Shown piece after piece: positions 24,052 to 33,530 of a stretch of DNA of 64,000 nt. How positions within the stretch are numbered: position 1 is the stretch's first letter; every line of letters begins with the position of its first letter. This stretch comes from Mobula hypostoma (lineage: Eukaryota): the NCBI RefSeq assembly GCF_963921235.1, contig NC_086102.1, forward strand, positions 37,200,001 to 37,264,000. The letters are read 5' to 3'. Made by a program: the position numbers and the translations under genes. The notes beneath the pieces are model-generated. The model saw only the letters and a list, made by a program, of their open reading frames with translations, did not search any database and was not told the origin of the DNA.

Positions 24052-24855
24052 TGTCACGGGACCGGCAACAATGAATATAGAAATGAGTCAGGTTTTATCA
24101 AAACAATCAAACATTTATTGAACTCTGCTCAGTATAAAAAAAAATACACAAACGAATATCTTAACCGGAAGTAAACTGCTATGCAGCCATTTAACAAACC
24201 GCCACTCAGTACTAGTTCTTAAAGTGGTAAATTCAAGCACAGTTCTTAGCATGGTAAATTCGAAAGTCCAAGAGATTTATACAGTCAATTAGGAGAGACT
24301 TTCTTGAAATAAAGAATTCCTCGAAGACACAACGTCACTGCCAATCCCAGCCGGATCCTGCCTTGTCCGCAGGATTCACGGCGACAGAAGTAAAACGGTT
24401 TAAAGGCACTGACCTTTCCCTTTGGATATTAGATACTGCACAGCCTTTTTTGCTGCTTTTAGCAGAAGCTATCTCTTGCAGATCACTCTAACTTGAACAA
24501 ATTCAATAATGGTCAATCCTATCCAAAACTGCTGAGCGACTCCTTCAGGTTCCTGTCTTCACTCTCCAATATTACTGAAAAGATACATCAACAAACCTGG
24601 CAGCGGTTGGTCAAACTGCTGGTCCAGCACTTTTGTACCTTACAATAGAACGTAAAACTCCGTTTTAAATCAAAACTGTGCCATAAGGCAAATACGCAGC
24701 GGAACGGAGTCTGTGGCTAACATCCTAACTGGAAAACCCCCTGCGTCACCCCAGGGGTCATCACGTGACCTCACATCGGCAGGAAAATTACATTCTGCAA
24801 GACTATTACGTCATCCTCATATGACAATCACAAAATATCCATGAAGTATGTAACA
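24052..24855 (-). mobile_element. Solo LTR (804 bp) with 4-bp TSD ATAG
   Basis: TGTCA...TAACA ends. ATAG at 24048-24051 and 24856-24859. Removing it restores GCAGCATCTATAGGAAGAG, as in the copy at 60565-60590 (reverse strand). AATAAA on minus at 24114-24119. Confidence 0.85.
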
Positions 24856-24868
24856 ATAGGAAGAGGTG

Positions 24869-24910
24869 CAGTCAACGTTTCGGGCTGAGACCCTACGTCA
24901 GGACTAACTG
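24869..24910 (-). ncRNA. Minimal type I hammerhead ribozyme motif of a Penelope terminus (mutated core)
   Basis: Minus strand: CAGTTAGTC-CTGACGT-AGGGTCTCAGCCC-GAAACGTT-GACTG. Stem I AGTC/GACT, stem II GGG/CCC. A9 is changed to T and the cleavage triplet is GTT. Confidence 0.7.
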
Positions 24911-25135
24911 AAAGAGGAGATAGTAAGAGATTTGAAAGTGGGAGGGGGAGGGGGAGATCCAAAATGATAGGAGAAGACAGGAGGGGGAGGGATGGAGCCA
25001 AGAGCTGGACAGGTGATTGGCAAAGGGAATATGAGAGGATCATGGGACGGGAGGCCTAGGGAGAAGGAAAAGGGGTGGGGGGGAAACCCAGAAGATGGGC
25101 AAGGGGTATAGTGAGAGGGACAGAGGGAGAAAAAT

Positions 25136-25142
<7 letters not shown>

Positions 25143-25192
<50 letters not shown>
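25143..25192. repeat. (AG)25 microsatellite within the Penelope-like element
   Basis: Perfect dinucleotide run. Confidence 0.97.
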
Positions 25193-25197
<5 letters not shown>

Positions 25198-25596
25198 ATA
25201 AATAAATAAATAAGGGATGGGGTACGAAGGGGAAATCGGGCATTAATGGAAGTTAGAGAAGTCACTGTTCATGCCATCAGGTTGGAGGCTACCCAGACGG
25301 AATATAAGGTGTTGTTCCTCCAACCTGAGTGTGGCTTCATCTTGACAGTAGAGGAGGCCATAGATAGACATATCAGAATGGGAATGGGACGTGGAATTAA
25401 AATGTGAGGCCACTGGGAGATCCTGCTTTCTCTGGCGGACAGAGCGTAAGTGTTCAGCGAAACAATCTCCCAGTCTGCGTCGGGTCTCGCCAATATATAG
25501 AAGGCCACATCGGGAGCACCGGATGCAGTATATCACCCCAGCCGACTCACAGGTGAAGTGTCACCTCACCTGAAAGGACTGTCTGGAGCCCTGAAT

Positions 25597-26450
25597 GGGG
25601 CCATGATGTCGAGCCATTGATCCCTGAATAACTCCTACAAAAGGTTTTTTACGACCTGTTTATAAGGCTCTCACGTAATCTTAATAAAAGCAATGGTTAA
25701 AAGGAGAGATCATGGAAATCCTACTGGCGCTGCGCTGTCAGCCTTGCACTCCTGGGACTGTCTGGAGTTGAGGGACGTGGGAGAAATGGAGATGAGGCCT
25801 GCTCGTCGGATAGTTCCTCTGAGCCTGTGGAGGGTCCGAGGATGGCAGCCTTGCGACGCGATGACGGCTCAGGTAGTGACCTCGCGGCCGCGATTCATGA
25901 GTTGGCCGATGCAGTCCGGACTTTAACTGGTAGGATGGACAAATTAGAGAGTCATTTAGACCTTATCATGCAAGAATCTAAGGAAATGAAGCAGACTTTG
26001 GAATCTTTAAATTTGCGAACCCAGGATTTAGAAAATAATACGAAGGATGTTGTGAATAGATGACAAAGACTGGAAAAAGAAAAAGATTCCTGGAGAACCG
26101 AGAAGGTAAAAATAATGGATAAACTGGACTCCCTTGAAAACTATAGCAGAAGAAATAATATCAAAATAGTGGGTTTAAAAGAGGGATTGGAAGGAAGAGA
26201 CACAGTAACTTTCTTTCAAGAATGGATCCCCAAAGTTCTGGGGAAAAAGCATTTTGACAAAGAATTAATTATAGAAAGAGCCCACAGAACTTCAACCCCC
26301 GAGCAACTCCAGAGCAAAGGCCACGCTCTATACTTCTACGCTTTTTGAAGTATCAAGATAAACAAAAAGTATTACGAGCTGCAGTAATAGAAGCCAGAGA
26401 AATAGAAGCCAAAGATAAAAGGAACACTGATAAAATAGGTAAGCAAGCAG
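25597..26450 (+). mobile_element. 5' portion (UTR and ORF1) of a second L1-clade family; ORF2 absent
   Basis: ATG at 25693. Heptad-like region, MDKLDSLENYSRRNNIKIVGLKEGLEG, IIERAHR, and RPRSILLRFLKYQDK (frameshifted). Confidence 0.82.
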
Positions 26451-26524
26451 AGATTGTAATGACTAGTAGAGACAAATTTTCAGCTGTTCCAACTTCGGAA
26501 AGAAAAATTGATTGAAATTTATAA

Positions 26525-26965
26525 CAATCTGCTACAAGGAGCATTCTGACAGGCTACATCACTGTCTGGTTATGGGGGGGGGGTGTGGGTAGTTGCTACT
26601 GCACAGGATCGAAAGAGGCTGGCTGTAGAGGGTTGTAAATATAGTCGGTTCCATCATGGATACTAACCTACAAAGCATCCAGGACATCTTCAAGGAGCAG
26701 GGTCTCAGAAAGGCAGCGTCCATTATTAAGGACCCTCAGCACCCAGGGCATGCCTTTTTCTCACTGTCACCATTAGGTAGGAGGTACAGAAGTCTGAAGG
26801 CACACACACAGCGATTCAGGAACAGTTTCTACCCCTCTGCCGTCAAATTCCTAAATGGACATTGAACCCTTGAACACTACCTCACTTTTAAAAATATATA
26901 TTATTTCTGTTTTTGCACGATTTTTAATCTATTTAAAATATGTATACTGTAGTTTATTTATTTAT
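26525..26965 (+). mobile_element. Rex1/Babar LINE 3' end
   Basis: SILTGYITVW...LRKAASIIKDPQHPGHAFFSLSPLGRRYRSLKAHTQRFRNSFYPSAVKFLN, followed by an AT-rich 3' UTR. Confidence 0.82.
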
Positions 26966-26966
26966 T

Positions 26967-27750
26967 TAAGGTTCAAAGGTCCAATTTAATGTCAGAGAAA
27001 TGTATACAATATACATCCTGAAATGCTTTTTCTTCGCAATCATCCACAAAAACAGAGAAGTGCCCCAAAGAATGAACGACAGTGAAACGTGAGAACCCCA
27101 AAGTCCCCCCAGCTCCCCTCCCTCCCGTGCATAAGCAGCGGCGAGCAACAATTTCCCCCCTACCCCCACCAGCGGAAAAAAAGCATCAGCACCGCTACTG
27201 AGCACTCAAGTGTGAGCAAAGCAATAGCAAAGATACAGACTTGCAGTTACCCCAAAGACTTCGCATTTCACCTGGCATTTGACATACCACAGGCTCTCCC
27301 TCTCCCTAATAAGGGAGAAAGAGGTAGCTCCATTTTCCCAGCGAGCTGGTTTACGATGTTAGAAGTCTGTTACATCGCTTTTTTAGAGCTCTGTGTCTGA
27401 AGATCTTAAAGATCCTGGGTCTTCGGGCCCACAGCAGTAGATTTTCCGACTCCCCTGATGACTCATGACACGGTGACACCGACCCTCAATCCGCCTGTCT
27501 TCAGAGTCCTGAGATCTCAGGCTTCCAAATCCGAGCTGGACTCTTAGGCCGAACCCTTGGCGTGCAGAACAACGGCCAGTCCTGAAACCCCGAGAAATGG
27601 GGCCCATTCCCGCAAAGGACCAAAGTCAGCGTGTAACTCCAGGTCAGGGTCTTCAATAGAACCCTGCAAGGGGAAAAATAATGATATTAAAGATGGAAAT
27701 AGAGCTGTTTCCGAAGATGCAAGCAAAGGAGTTGCCGTTCAGCACCAACT
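26967..27750 (-). repeat. Unclassified non-coding retroposon-like repeat; diverged relative at 60270-61320
   Basis: The start CAATTTAAT(G/A)TCAGAGAA...CCTGAAAT...CATCCACAAAA...AGAACCCCAAAG is shared with 60278-60400. The minus strand ends ATTAAA...CCTTTGAACC. Confidence 0.55.
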
Positions 27751-28531
27751 TAACTTCGTTCCACCTCCTCTATTTATTTATTTATTCTTCTTCTATTTTA
27801 TGTATTGCATTGAACTGGTGCTACTAGGTTAACCAATTTCACGGCACGTGCCAGTGATAATAAGCCTGGTTCTGAATCTGAGACCATTTCTTAACCATTG
27901 TTGATATTAAGACTGTCTCCTTTGTATAACCCAAGACCTGATGCTAGCTGTAGAGCTCCCTCCCTCTATTGCCATAATGCTGATTCACTCAAGGGCTGAG
28001 AATTCATACTGAGTAAATTCCAAAATAAATTGAAAGTCAAAGTAACAGCAAAACAGAAGAAAACCTGATGGGTAATGGGCTAGAAGTTCTGCCACTGAGT
28101 TCAAATCTATTCTGAAGATTGAAATTCAAATCAATAGATCTGAAAATTTGTAGATTAAATATAGAACAAGTTTCCACAAACTCCCCCGGATGTAAAAATT
28201 CCTCAAATTTCAGAAGCATCTTTAGCGAAGAGAGCTCACCTTTACCACCCCAGTTTGGTTACATCTGGTGTTACTTTATATTATTTTAAAGGATGTGGGT
28301 TTCACAGGCTGAGAATTGTCCAAATCATTGCTTTTGAGAAGGCGGTACTGAGTGGCCTTCTGGAACCACTCAGTCCTTGCAGGTATATACACCCACTATG
28401 TTGCTAGGGAGCTAACTCTCCTCGGAAAATGATTGGAACTTGGTCTTTTCATAACCAGCACCCTGGTTCAACAGAAGATTAACACAAGACTTCATCCTTA
28501 CATGACAACAATTCATCAGAACAACCCAACC

Positions 28532-31500
28532 TGGCTGAGGGATTGGAGCAGGGGGCAGGGATTCAAGTTTTTGGATCATTGGGACCTCTTTTGGCGCAGG
28601 TGTGACCTGTACAAAAAGGACGGGTTACACTTAAATCCTCGGGGGACCAATATCCTGGCAGGGAGATTAGCGGGGGCTACTGAGGTGACTTTAAACTAGA
28701 ATGGTTGGGGGGTGGGAATCAAATTAAAGCGGCTAGGTGTGAGGAGGTTAGTTCACAACAGAGGGATGGGAACCAGTGCAGAGAGACAGAGGGGTGTAAA
28801 GTGAGCGTAGAAGCAAAAAGTACAAAGGGGAAAAGTAAAAGTGGCAGGCCGACAAATCCAGGGCAAGCATTAAAAAGGGCTAAGAGAGTTGTAAAAGAGT
28901 GCCTGAAGGCTTTATGTGTCAATGCAAGGAGCATTCGTAATAAGGTGGATGAATTGAAAGTGCAGATTGTTATTAATGATTATGATATAGTTGGGATCAC
29001 AGAGACATGGCTCCAGGGTGACCAGGGATGGGAGCTCAACGTTCAGGGATATTCAATATTCAGGAGGGATAGACACGAAGGAAGGGGAGGTGGGGTGGCG
29101 TTGCTGGTTAAAAAAGAGATTAACGCAATAGAAAGGAAGGACATAAGCCGGGAAGATGTGGAATCGATATGGGTAGAGCTGCGTAACACTAAGGGGCAGA
29201 AGACGCTGGTGGGAGTTGTGTACAGGCCACCTAACAGTAGTAGTGAGGTCGGAGATGGTATTAAACAGGAAATTAGAAATGTGTGCAATAAAGGAACAGC
29301 AGTTATAATGGGTGACTTCAATCTACATGTAGACTGGGTGAACCAAATTGGTAAAGGTGCTGAGGAAGAGGATTTCTTGGAATGTATGCGGGATGGTTTT
29401 TTGAACCAACATGTCGAGGAACCGACTAGAGAGCAGGCTATTCTGGACTGGGTTTTGAGCAATGAGGAAGGGTTAATTAGCGATCTTGTCGTGAGAGGCC
29501 CCTTGGGTAAGAGTGACCATAATATGGTGGAATTCTTCATTAACATGGAGAGTGACGTAGTTAATTCAGAAACAAAGGTTCTGAACTTAAAGAGGGGTAA
29601 CTTTGAAGGTATGAGACATGAATTAGCTAAGATAGACTGGCAAATGACACTTCAAGGATTGACGGTGGATATGCAATGGCAGGCATTTAAAGGTTGCATG
29701 GATGAACTACAACAATTGTTCATCCCAGTTTGGCAAAAGAATAAATCAAGGAAGGTAGTGCACCCGTGGCTGACAAGAGAAATTAGGGATAGTATCAATT
29801 CCAAAGAAGTAGCATACAAATTAGCCAGAGAAAGTGGCTCACCTGAGGACTGGGAGAAATTCAGAGTTCAGCAGAGGAGGACAAAGGGCTTAATTAGGAA
29901 GGGGAAAAAAGATTATGAGAGAAAACTGGCAGAGAACATAAAAACGGACTGTAAAAGCTTTTATAGATATGTAAAAAGGAAAAGACTGATAAAGACAAAT
30001 GTAGGTCCCCTGCAAACAGAAACAGGTGAATTGATTATGGGGAGCAAGGACATGGCAGACCAATTGAATAATTACTTTGGTTCTGTCTTCACTAAGGAGG
30101 ACATAAATAATCTTCCAGAAATAGTAAGGGACAGAGGGTCCAGTGAGATGGAGGAACTGAGCGAAATACATGTTAGTAGGGAAGTGGTGTTAGGTAAATT
30201 GAAGGGATTGAAGGCAGATAAATCCCCAGGGCCAGATGGTCTGCGTCCCAGAGTGCTTAAGGAAGTGGCCCAAGAAATAGTGGATGCATTAGTGATAATT
30301 TTTCAAAACTCGTTAGATTCTGGACTAGTTCCTGAGGATTGGAGGGTGGCTAATGTAACCCCACTTTTTAAAAAAGGAGGGAGAGAGAAACCGGGGAATT
30401 ATAGGCCGGTTAGCCTAACGTCGGTGGTGGGGAAACTGCTGGAGTCAGTTATCAAGGATGTGATAACAGCACATTTGGAAAGCGGTGAAATGATCGGACA
30501 AAGTCAGCATGGATTTGTGAAAGGAAAATCATGTCTGACGAATCTCATAGAATTTTTTGAGGATGTAACTAGTAGAGTGGATAGGGGAGAACCAGTGGAT
30601 GTGGTATATTTGGATTTTCAAAAGGCTTTTGACAAGGTCCCACATAGGAGATTAGTGTGCAAACTTAAAGCACACGGTATTGGGGGTAAGGTATTGGTGT
30701 GGGTGGAGAATTGGTTAGCAGACAGGAAGCAAAGAGTGGGAATAAACGGGACCTTTTCAGAATGGCAGGCGGTGACTAGTGGGGTACCGCAAGGCTCAGT
30801 GCTGGGACCCCAGTTGTTTACAATATATATTAATGACTTGGATGAGGGAATTAAATGCAGCATCTCCAAGTTTGCGGATGACACGAAGCTGGGTGGCAGT
30901 GTTAGCAGTGAGGAGGATGCTAAGAGGATGCAGGGTGACTTGGATAGGTTGTGTGAGTGGGCAAACTCATGGCAGATGCAATTTAATGTGGATAAATGTG
31001 AAGTTATCCACTTTGGTGGCAAAAATAGGAAAACAGATTATTATCTGAATGGTGGCCGATTAGGAAAAGGGGAGGTGCAACGAGACCTGGGTGTCATTAT
31101 ACACCAGTCATTGAAAGTGGGCATGCAGGTACAGCAGGCGGTGAAAAAGGCGAACGGTATGCTGGCATTTATAGCGAGAGGATTCGAGTACAGGAGCAGG
31201 GAGGTACTACTGCAGTTGTACAAGGCCTTGGTGAGACCACACCTGGAGTATTGTGTGCAGTTTTGGTCCCCTAATCTGAGGAAAGACATCTTTGCCATAG
31301 AGGGAGTACAAAGAAGGTTCACCAGATTGATTCCTGGGATGGCAGGTCTTTCATATGAAGAAAGACTGGATGAACTGGGCTTGTACTCGTTGGAATTTAG
31401 AAGATTGAGGGGGGATCTGATTGAAACGTATAAGATCCTAAAGGGATTGGACAGGCTAGATGCGGGAAGATTGTTCCCGATGTTGGGGAGGTCTAGAACG

Positions 31501-31807
31501 AGGGGTCACAGTTTGAGGATAGAGGGGAAGCCTTTTAGGACCGAGGTTAGGAAAAACTTCTTCACACAGAGAGTGGTGAATCTGTGGAATTCTCTGCCAC
31601 AGCAAACTGTTGAGGCCAGTTCATTAGCTATGTTTAAAAGGAAGTTAGATATGGCCCTTGTGGCTACAGGGGTCAGGGGGTATGGAGGGAAGGCTGGGTT
31701 CTGAGTTGGATGATCAGCCATGATCATAATAAATGGCGGTGCAGGCTCGAAGGGCCGAATGGCCTACTCCTGCACCTATTTTCTATGTTTCTATGTTTCT
31801 ATGTTTC
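28532..31807 (+). mobile_element. Young CR1 LINE copy 3, 5'-truncated in ORF1, no TSD found
   Basis: Colinear with and highly similar to copy 1. Tail (TTTCTATG)3TTTC. Confidence 0.97.
28705..31704 (+). CDS. Uninterrupted CR1 ORF2 (999 aa, APE endonuclease and RT); start codon uncertain (TTG)
   Basis: No stops or frameshifts. All EN and RT motifs listed for copy 1 are present, including KFADDTKL. Confidence 0.92.
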   Translation: MGGGNQIKAARCEEVSSQQRDGNQCRETEGCKVSVEAKSTKGKSKSGRPTNPGQALKRAKRVVKECLKALCVNARSIRNKVDELKVQIVINDYDIVGITETWLQGDQGWELNVQGYSIFRRDRHEGRGGGVALLVKKEINAIERKDISREDVESIWVELRNTKGQKTLVGVVYRPPNSSSEVGDGIKQEIRNVCNKGTAVIMGDFNLHVDWVNQIGKGAEEEDFLECMRDGFLNQHVEEPTREQAILDWVLSNEEGLISDLVVRGPLGKSDHNMVEFFINMESDVVNSETKVLNLKRGNFEGMRHELAKIDWQMTLQGLTVDMQWQAFKGCMDELQQLFIPVWQKNKSRKVVHPWLTREIRDSINSKEVAYKLARESGSPEDWEKFRVQQRRTKGLIRKGKKDYERKLAENIKTDCKSFYRYVKRKRLIKTNVGPLQTETGELIMGSKDMADQLNNYFGSVFTKEDINNLPEIVRDRGSSEMEELSEIHVSREVVLGKLKGLKADKSPGPDGLRPRVLKEVAQEIVDALVIIFQNSLDSGLVPEDWRVANVTPLFKKGGREKPGNYRPVSLTSVVGKLLESVIKDVITAHLESGEMIGQSQHGFVKGKSCLTNLIEFFEDVTSRVDRGEPVDVVYLDFQKAFDKVPHRRLVCKLKAHGIGGKVLVWVENWLADRKQRVGINGTFSEWQAVTSGVPQGSVLGPQLFTIYINDLDEGIKCSISKFADDTKLGGSVSSEEDAKRMQGDLDRLCEWANSWQMQFNVDKCEVIHFGGKNRKTDYYLNGGRLGKGEVQRDLGVIIHQSLKVGMQVQQAVKKANGMLAFIARGFEYRSREVLLQLYKALVRPHLEYCVQFWSPNLRKDIFAIEGVQRRFTRLIPGMAGLSYEERLDELGLYSLEFRRLRGDLIETYKILKGLDRLDAGRLFPMLGRSRTRGHSLRIEGKPFRTEVRKNFFTQRVVNLWNSLPQQTVEASSLAMFKRKLDMALVATGVRGYGGKAGF

Positions 31808-32601
31808 ACTGCCAACTCATATCGGTAGTCTCAATTTGCCACATTGTTCAGAACACCAGTTGTTCAGTCAAACCCACACACTTGCCCTGCCAGTGAGTAA
31901 GGTCACAGCTGATCTGCTTCCTCAACCACGCTTTTTCATTTCACCCCCGTACTCCAGAATGTAACTTCCACCTACTCATAAGATTGGGGCACATGATAGC
32001 TTAGTGCAAAGCTTTTACAGGGTTGCTGGGTGGCACGGCTCAGAGAGCTGGAAGGGCCTGTCCCATGCTGTATCTCTAAGTAAATAAAATATTGCGAAGA
32101 AGGGTTAAACGATATCTAATTTCTCTGCCATTGTTGTTAGTTGATGCCTTGCACAGTTTTCCTGCTCTTCTACCCAGCTGTGCTCCAGTGTCACTCTGTG
32201 CACACTCAGGATCCCACAGCATTGCCTTCGTCAACCTATGCAGACAGGCTCCAGATTTCAATGTACTGTGGCCCTTGCCTAAAGAGATTTGACGGTCTCC
32301 ACAACTACAAATAGAACTCTGGAGGTATGGTTATTCACTACTCTGCTTTGGAAGTTTTAAAAACAGGCACACATTAACTATCTCGATGACCTATTTTATA
32401 ACAATCTCATAATCAGCAAAAGTAAAGCTCTCTGCAAAATGACATGCAAACAGATTAGTAAAACACATGAACATTTGGTGATTTACTTAGATTGGATCTG
32501 TCATGGTGTTTTGCCAGATAAATTGTGTTATTAAAAAGGAGTTTCAAAATCTTGGTAATGCTGTTGTTTGGTATATAGTGTAGGGTCTATATGGGGAGTA
32601 T

Positions 32602-32785
32602 GGGGTGTCAGGGAGGGGTAGCACCTCTGGTGGGGGAAACATGTCGCGTCCCTTTCAATGCGGTTGGTCCACCTTTGGTCCCCACCTGGCACTCAGCTCT
32701 CACCTGTGGCTCCCCGTAGCTGTTTGCATGCGACAGCGGCCACACCCCGGGCAACGGCTTCGACAAGCCGGCTAAACCAGGTGAG
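32602..32785 (+). ncRNA. Candidate HDV-like self-cleaving ribozyme
   Basis: P1 GGGGTGT (32602-608) / ACACCCC (32742-748). P2 CTCACCTGT (32699-707) / ACCAGGTGAG (32776-785), one bulge. P3 GGC (32708-710) / GCC (32739-741). L3 starts TCCCCG. GG-GCAA at 32749-754. P4 CGGCTT-CGAC-AAGCCG. J4/2 GCTAA with candidate catalytic C at 32772. Confidence 0.72.
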
Positions 32786-33110
32786 GGTAGCCGATGGGTC
32801 TCAAATCCTCGGTGAGATAGGGAGTTGCCTATCCCAGCATGTGGAGACAGACTGCGGCGGATTGAGCAGACGAGACCAATGGAAGTTCCAACGGTCAAGA
32901 AGGCGGTCTCTGCAAGCGTTGTGGAACGTGTAGAGCACGACAAGACACAGAAGACATCCCGGTTATCCACTGCGCCTAGTCCCATCTCCAGCCGTCTAGA
33001 CTCTGTCTTGCCACTGGATCCAGATGGGAATTGGGAAGAGAGAGTGAGGCTGATGCTGCGCAACCCTCCCTCACATAAATCCAAATCAAGCGCTAGTCTT
33101 GACACCATCA
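32602..33110 (+). mobile_element. GC-rich non-coding retroelement, probably RTE-derived and non-autonomous, headed by an HDV-like ribozyme
   Basis: Abrupt GC-rich block in AT-rich flanks, with a ribozyme fold at its 5' end and no RT/EN coding. The RTE assignment is inference from known RTE 5'-UTR ribozymes. Confidence 0.55.
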
Positions 33111-33111
33111 A

Positions 33112-33251
33112 GCCAGCTGGTGGCACAGTGACATCAGCGCCGGACTCCAGAGCGAAGGTTCCTGAGTTCGAATCCAGTCGGGCCGCTCCCGGGCACGTTT
33201 TCCATCCGTGCCGGGTTGAGTGTTGAGCTAGCAACTCAGCCTCATAAAAAA
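33112..33251 (+). mobile_element. tRNA-derived SINE head, 3'-truncated
   Basis: A-box-like TGGCACAGTGAC at 33121-33132 and B box GAGTTCGAATCC at 33164-33175. No complete cloverleaf or CCA. Confidence 0.7.
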
Positions 33252-33289
33252 CTACTAATGGTGTCGAGGTCTTCATCGATTAAATTGTT

Positions 33290-33530
33290 TTTTAGATTAG
33301 ATTATGAGGACACTCAGTCCTTGTTTATTGTCATTTAGAAATGCATGCATTAAAAAATGATACAACGTTCCTCCAGAATGATATTACAAGAAAATACAGG
33401 ACAAACCAAGACTAAAACTGACAAATCCACATAATTATAACATATAGTTACAACAGTGCAAAGCAATACCATAATGTTATAAAGAGCAGACCATGGGCAC
33501 GGTAAAAAAAAGTCTCAAAGTCCCAATGAC
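33290..33530 (-). repeat. Unclassified retroposon 3' end with (ATCTA)n-type tail; second copy at 59473-59706 on the plus strand
   Basis: The reverse complement aligns over about 230 bp with 59473-59706 (GGGACTTT...ACCGTGCCCATGGTCTG...AATGACAATAAA...GTCCTCATAATCTA). Confidence 0.75.

Larger units (their letters stand above)
24012..25595 (-). mobile_element. Penelope-like element 3' portion (GIY-YIG endonuclease and terminal region), interrupted by a solo LTR
   Basis: 25243-25536 minus reads IYCIRCSRCGLLYIGETRRRLGDCFAEH...VASHFN...LEEQHLIFRLGSLQPDGMN (GIY-YIG). The terminal sequence is homologous to 38828-38970, 60440-60660 and 61345-61885. Confidence 0.88.

Noticed and set aside
28520-31820. 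TSD around CR1 copy 3
   Set aside because: The flanks (…ACAACCCAACC and ACTGCCAACTC…) share CCAAC but not adjacent to both ends, so no TSD is called.
33112-33200. tRNA gene
   Set aside because: A and B boxes are present, but there is no full cloverleaf and it continues into SINE-like sequence.
33257-33268. ATGGTGTCGAG, an inverted near-copy of CTTGACACCAT at 33098-33108, flanking the SINE
   Set aside because: Only about 11 bp with a mismatch; it cannot be distinguished from chance or from the tail of another copy.
32608-33276. ORFs of 222, 133 and 91 aa over the GC-rich element
   Set aside because: No recognisable domain. High GC content explains the open frames, and the region is better explained as structured RNA plus a SINE.
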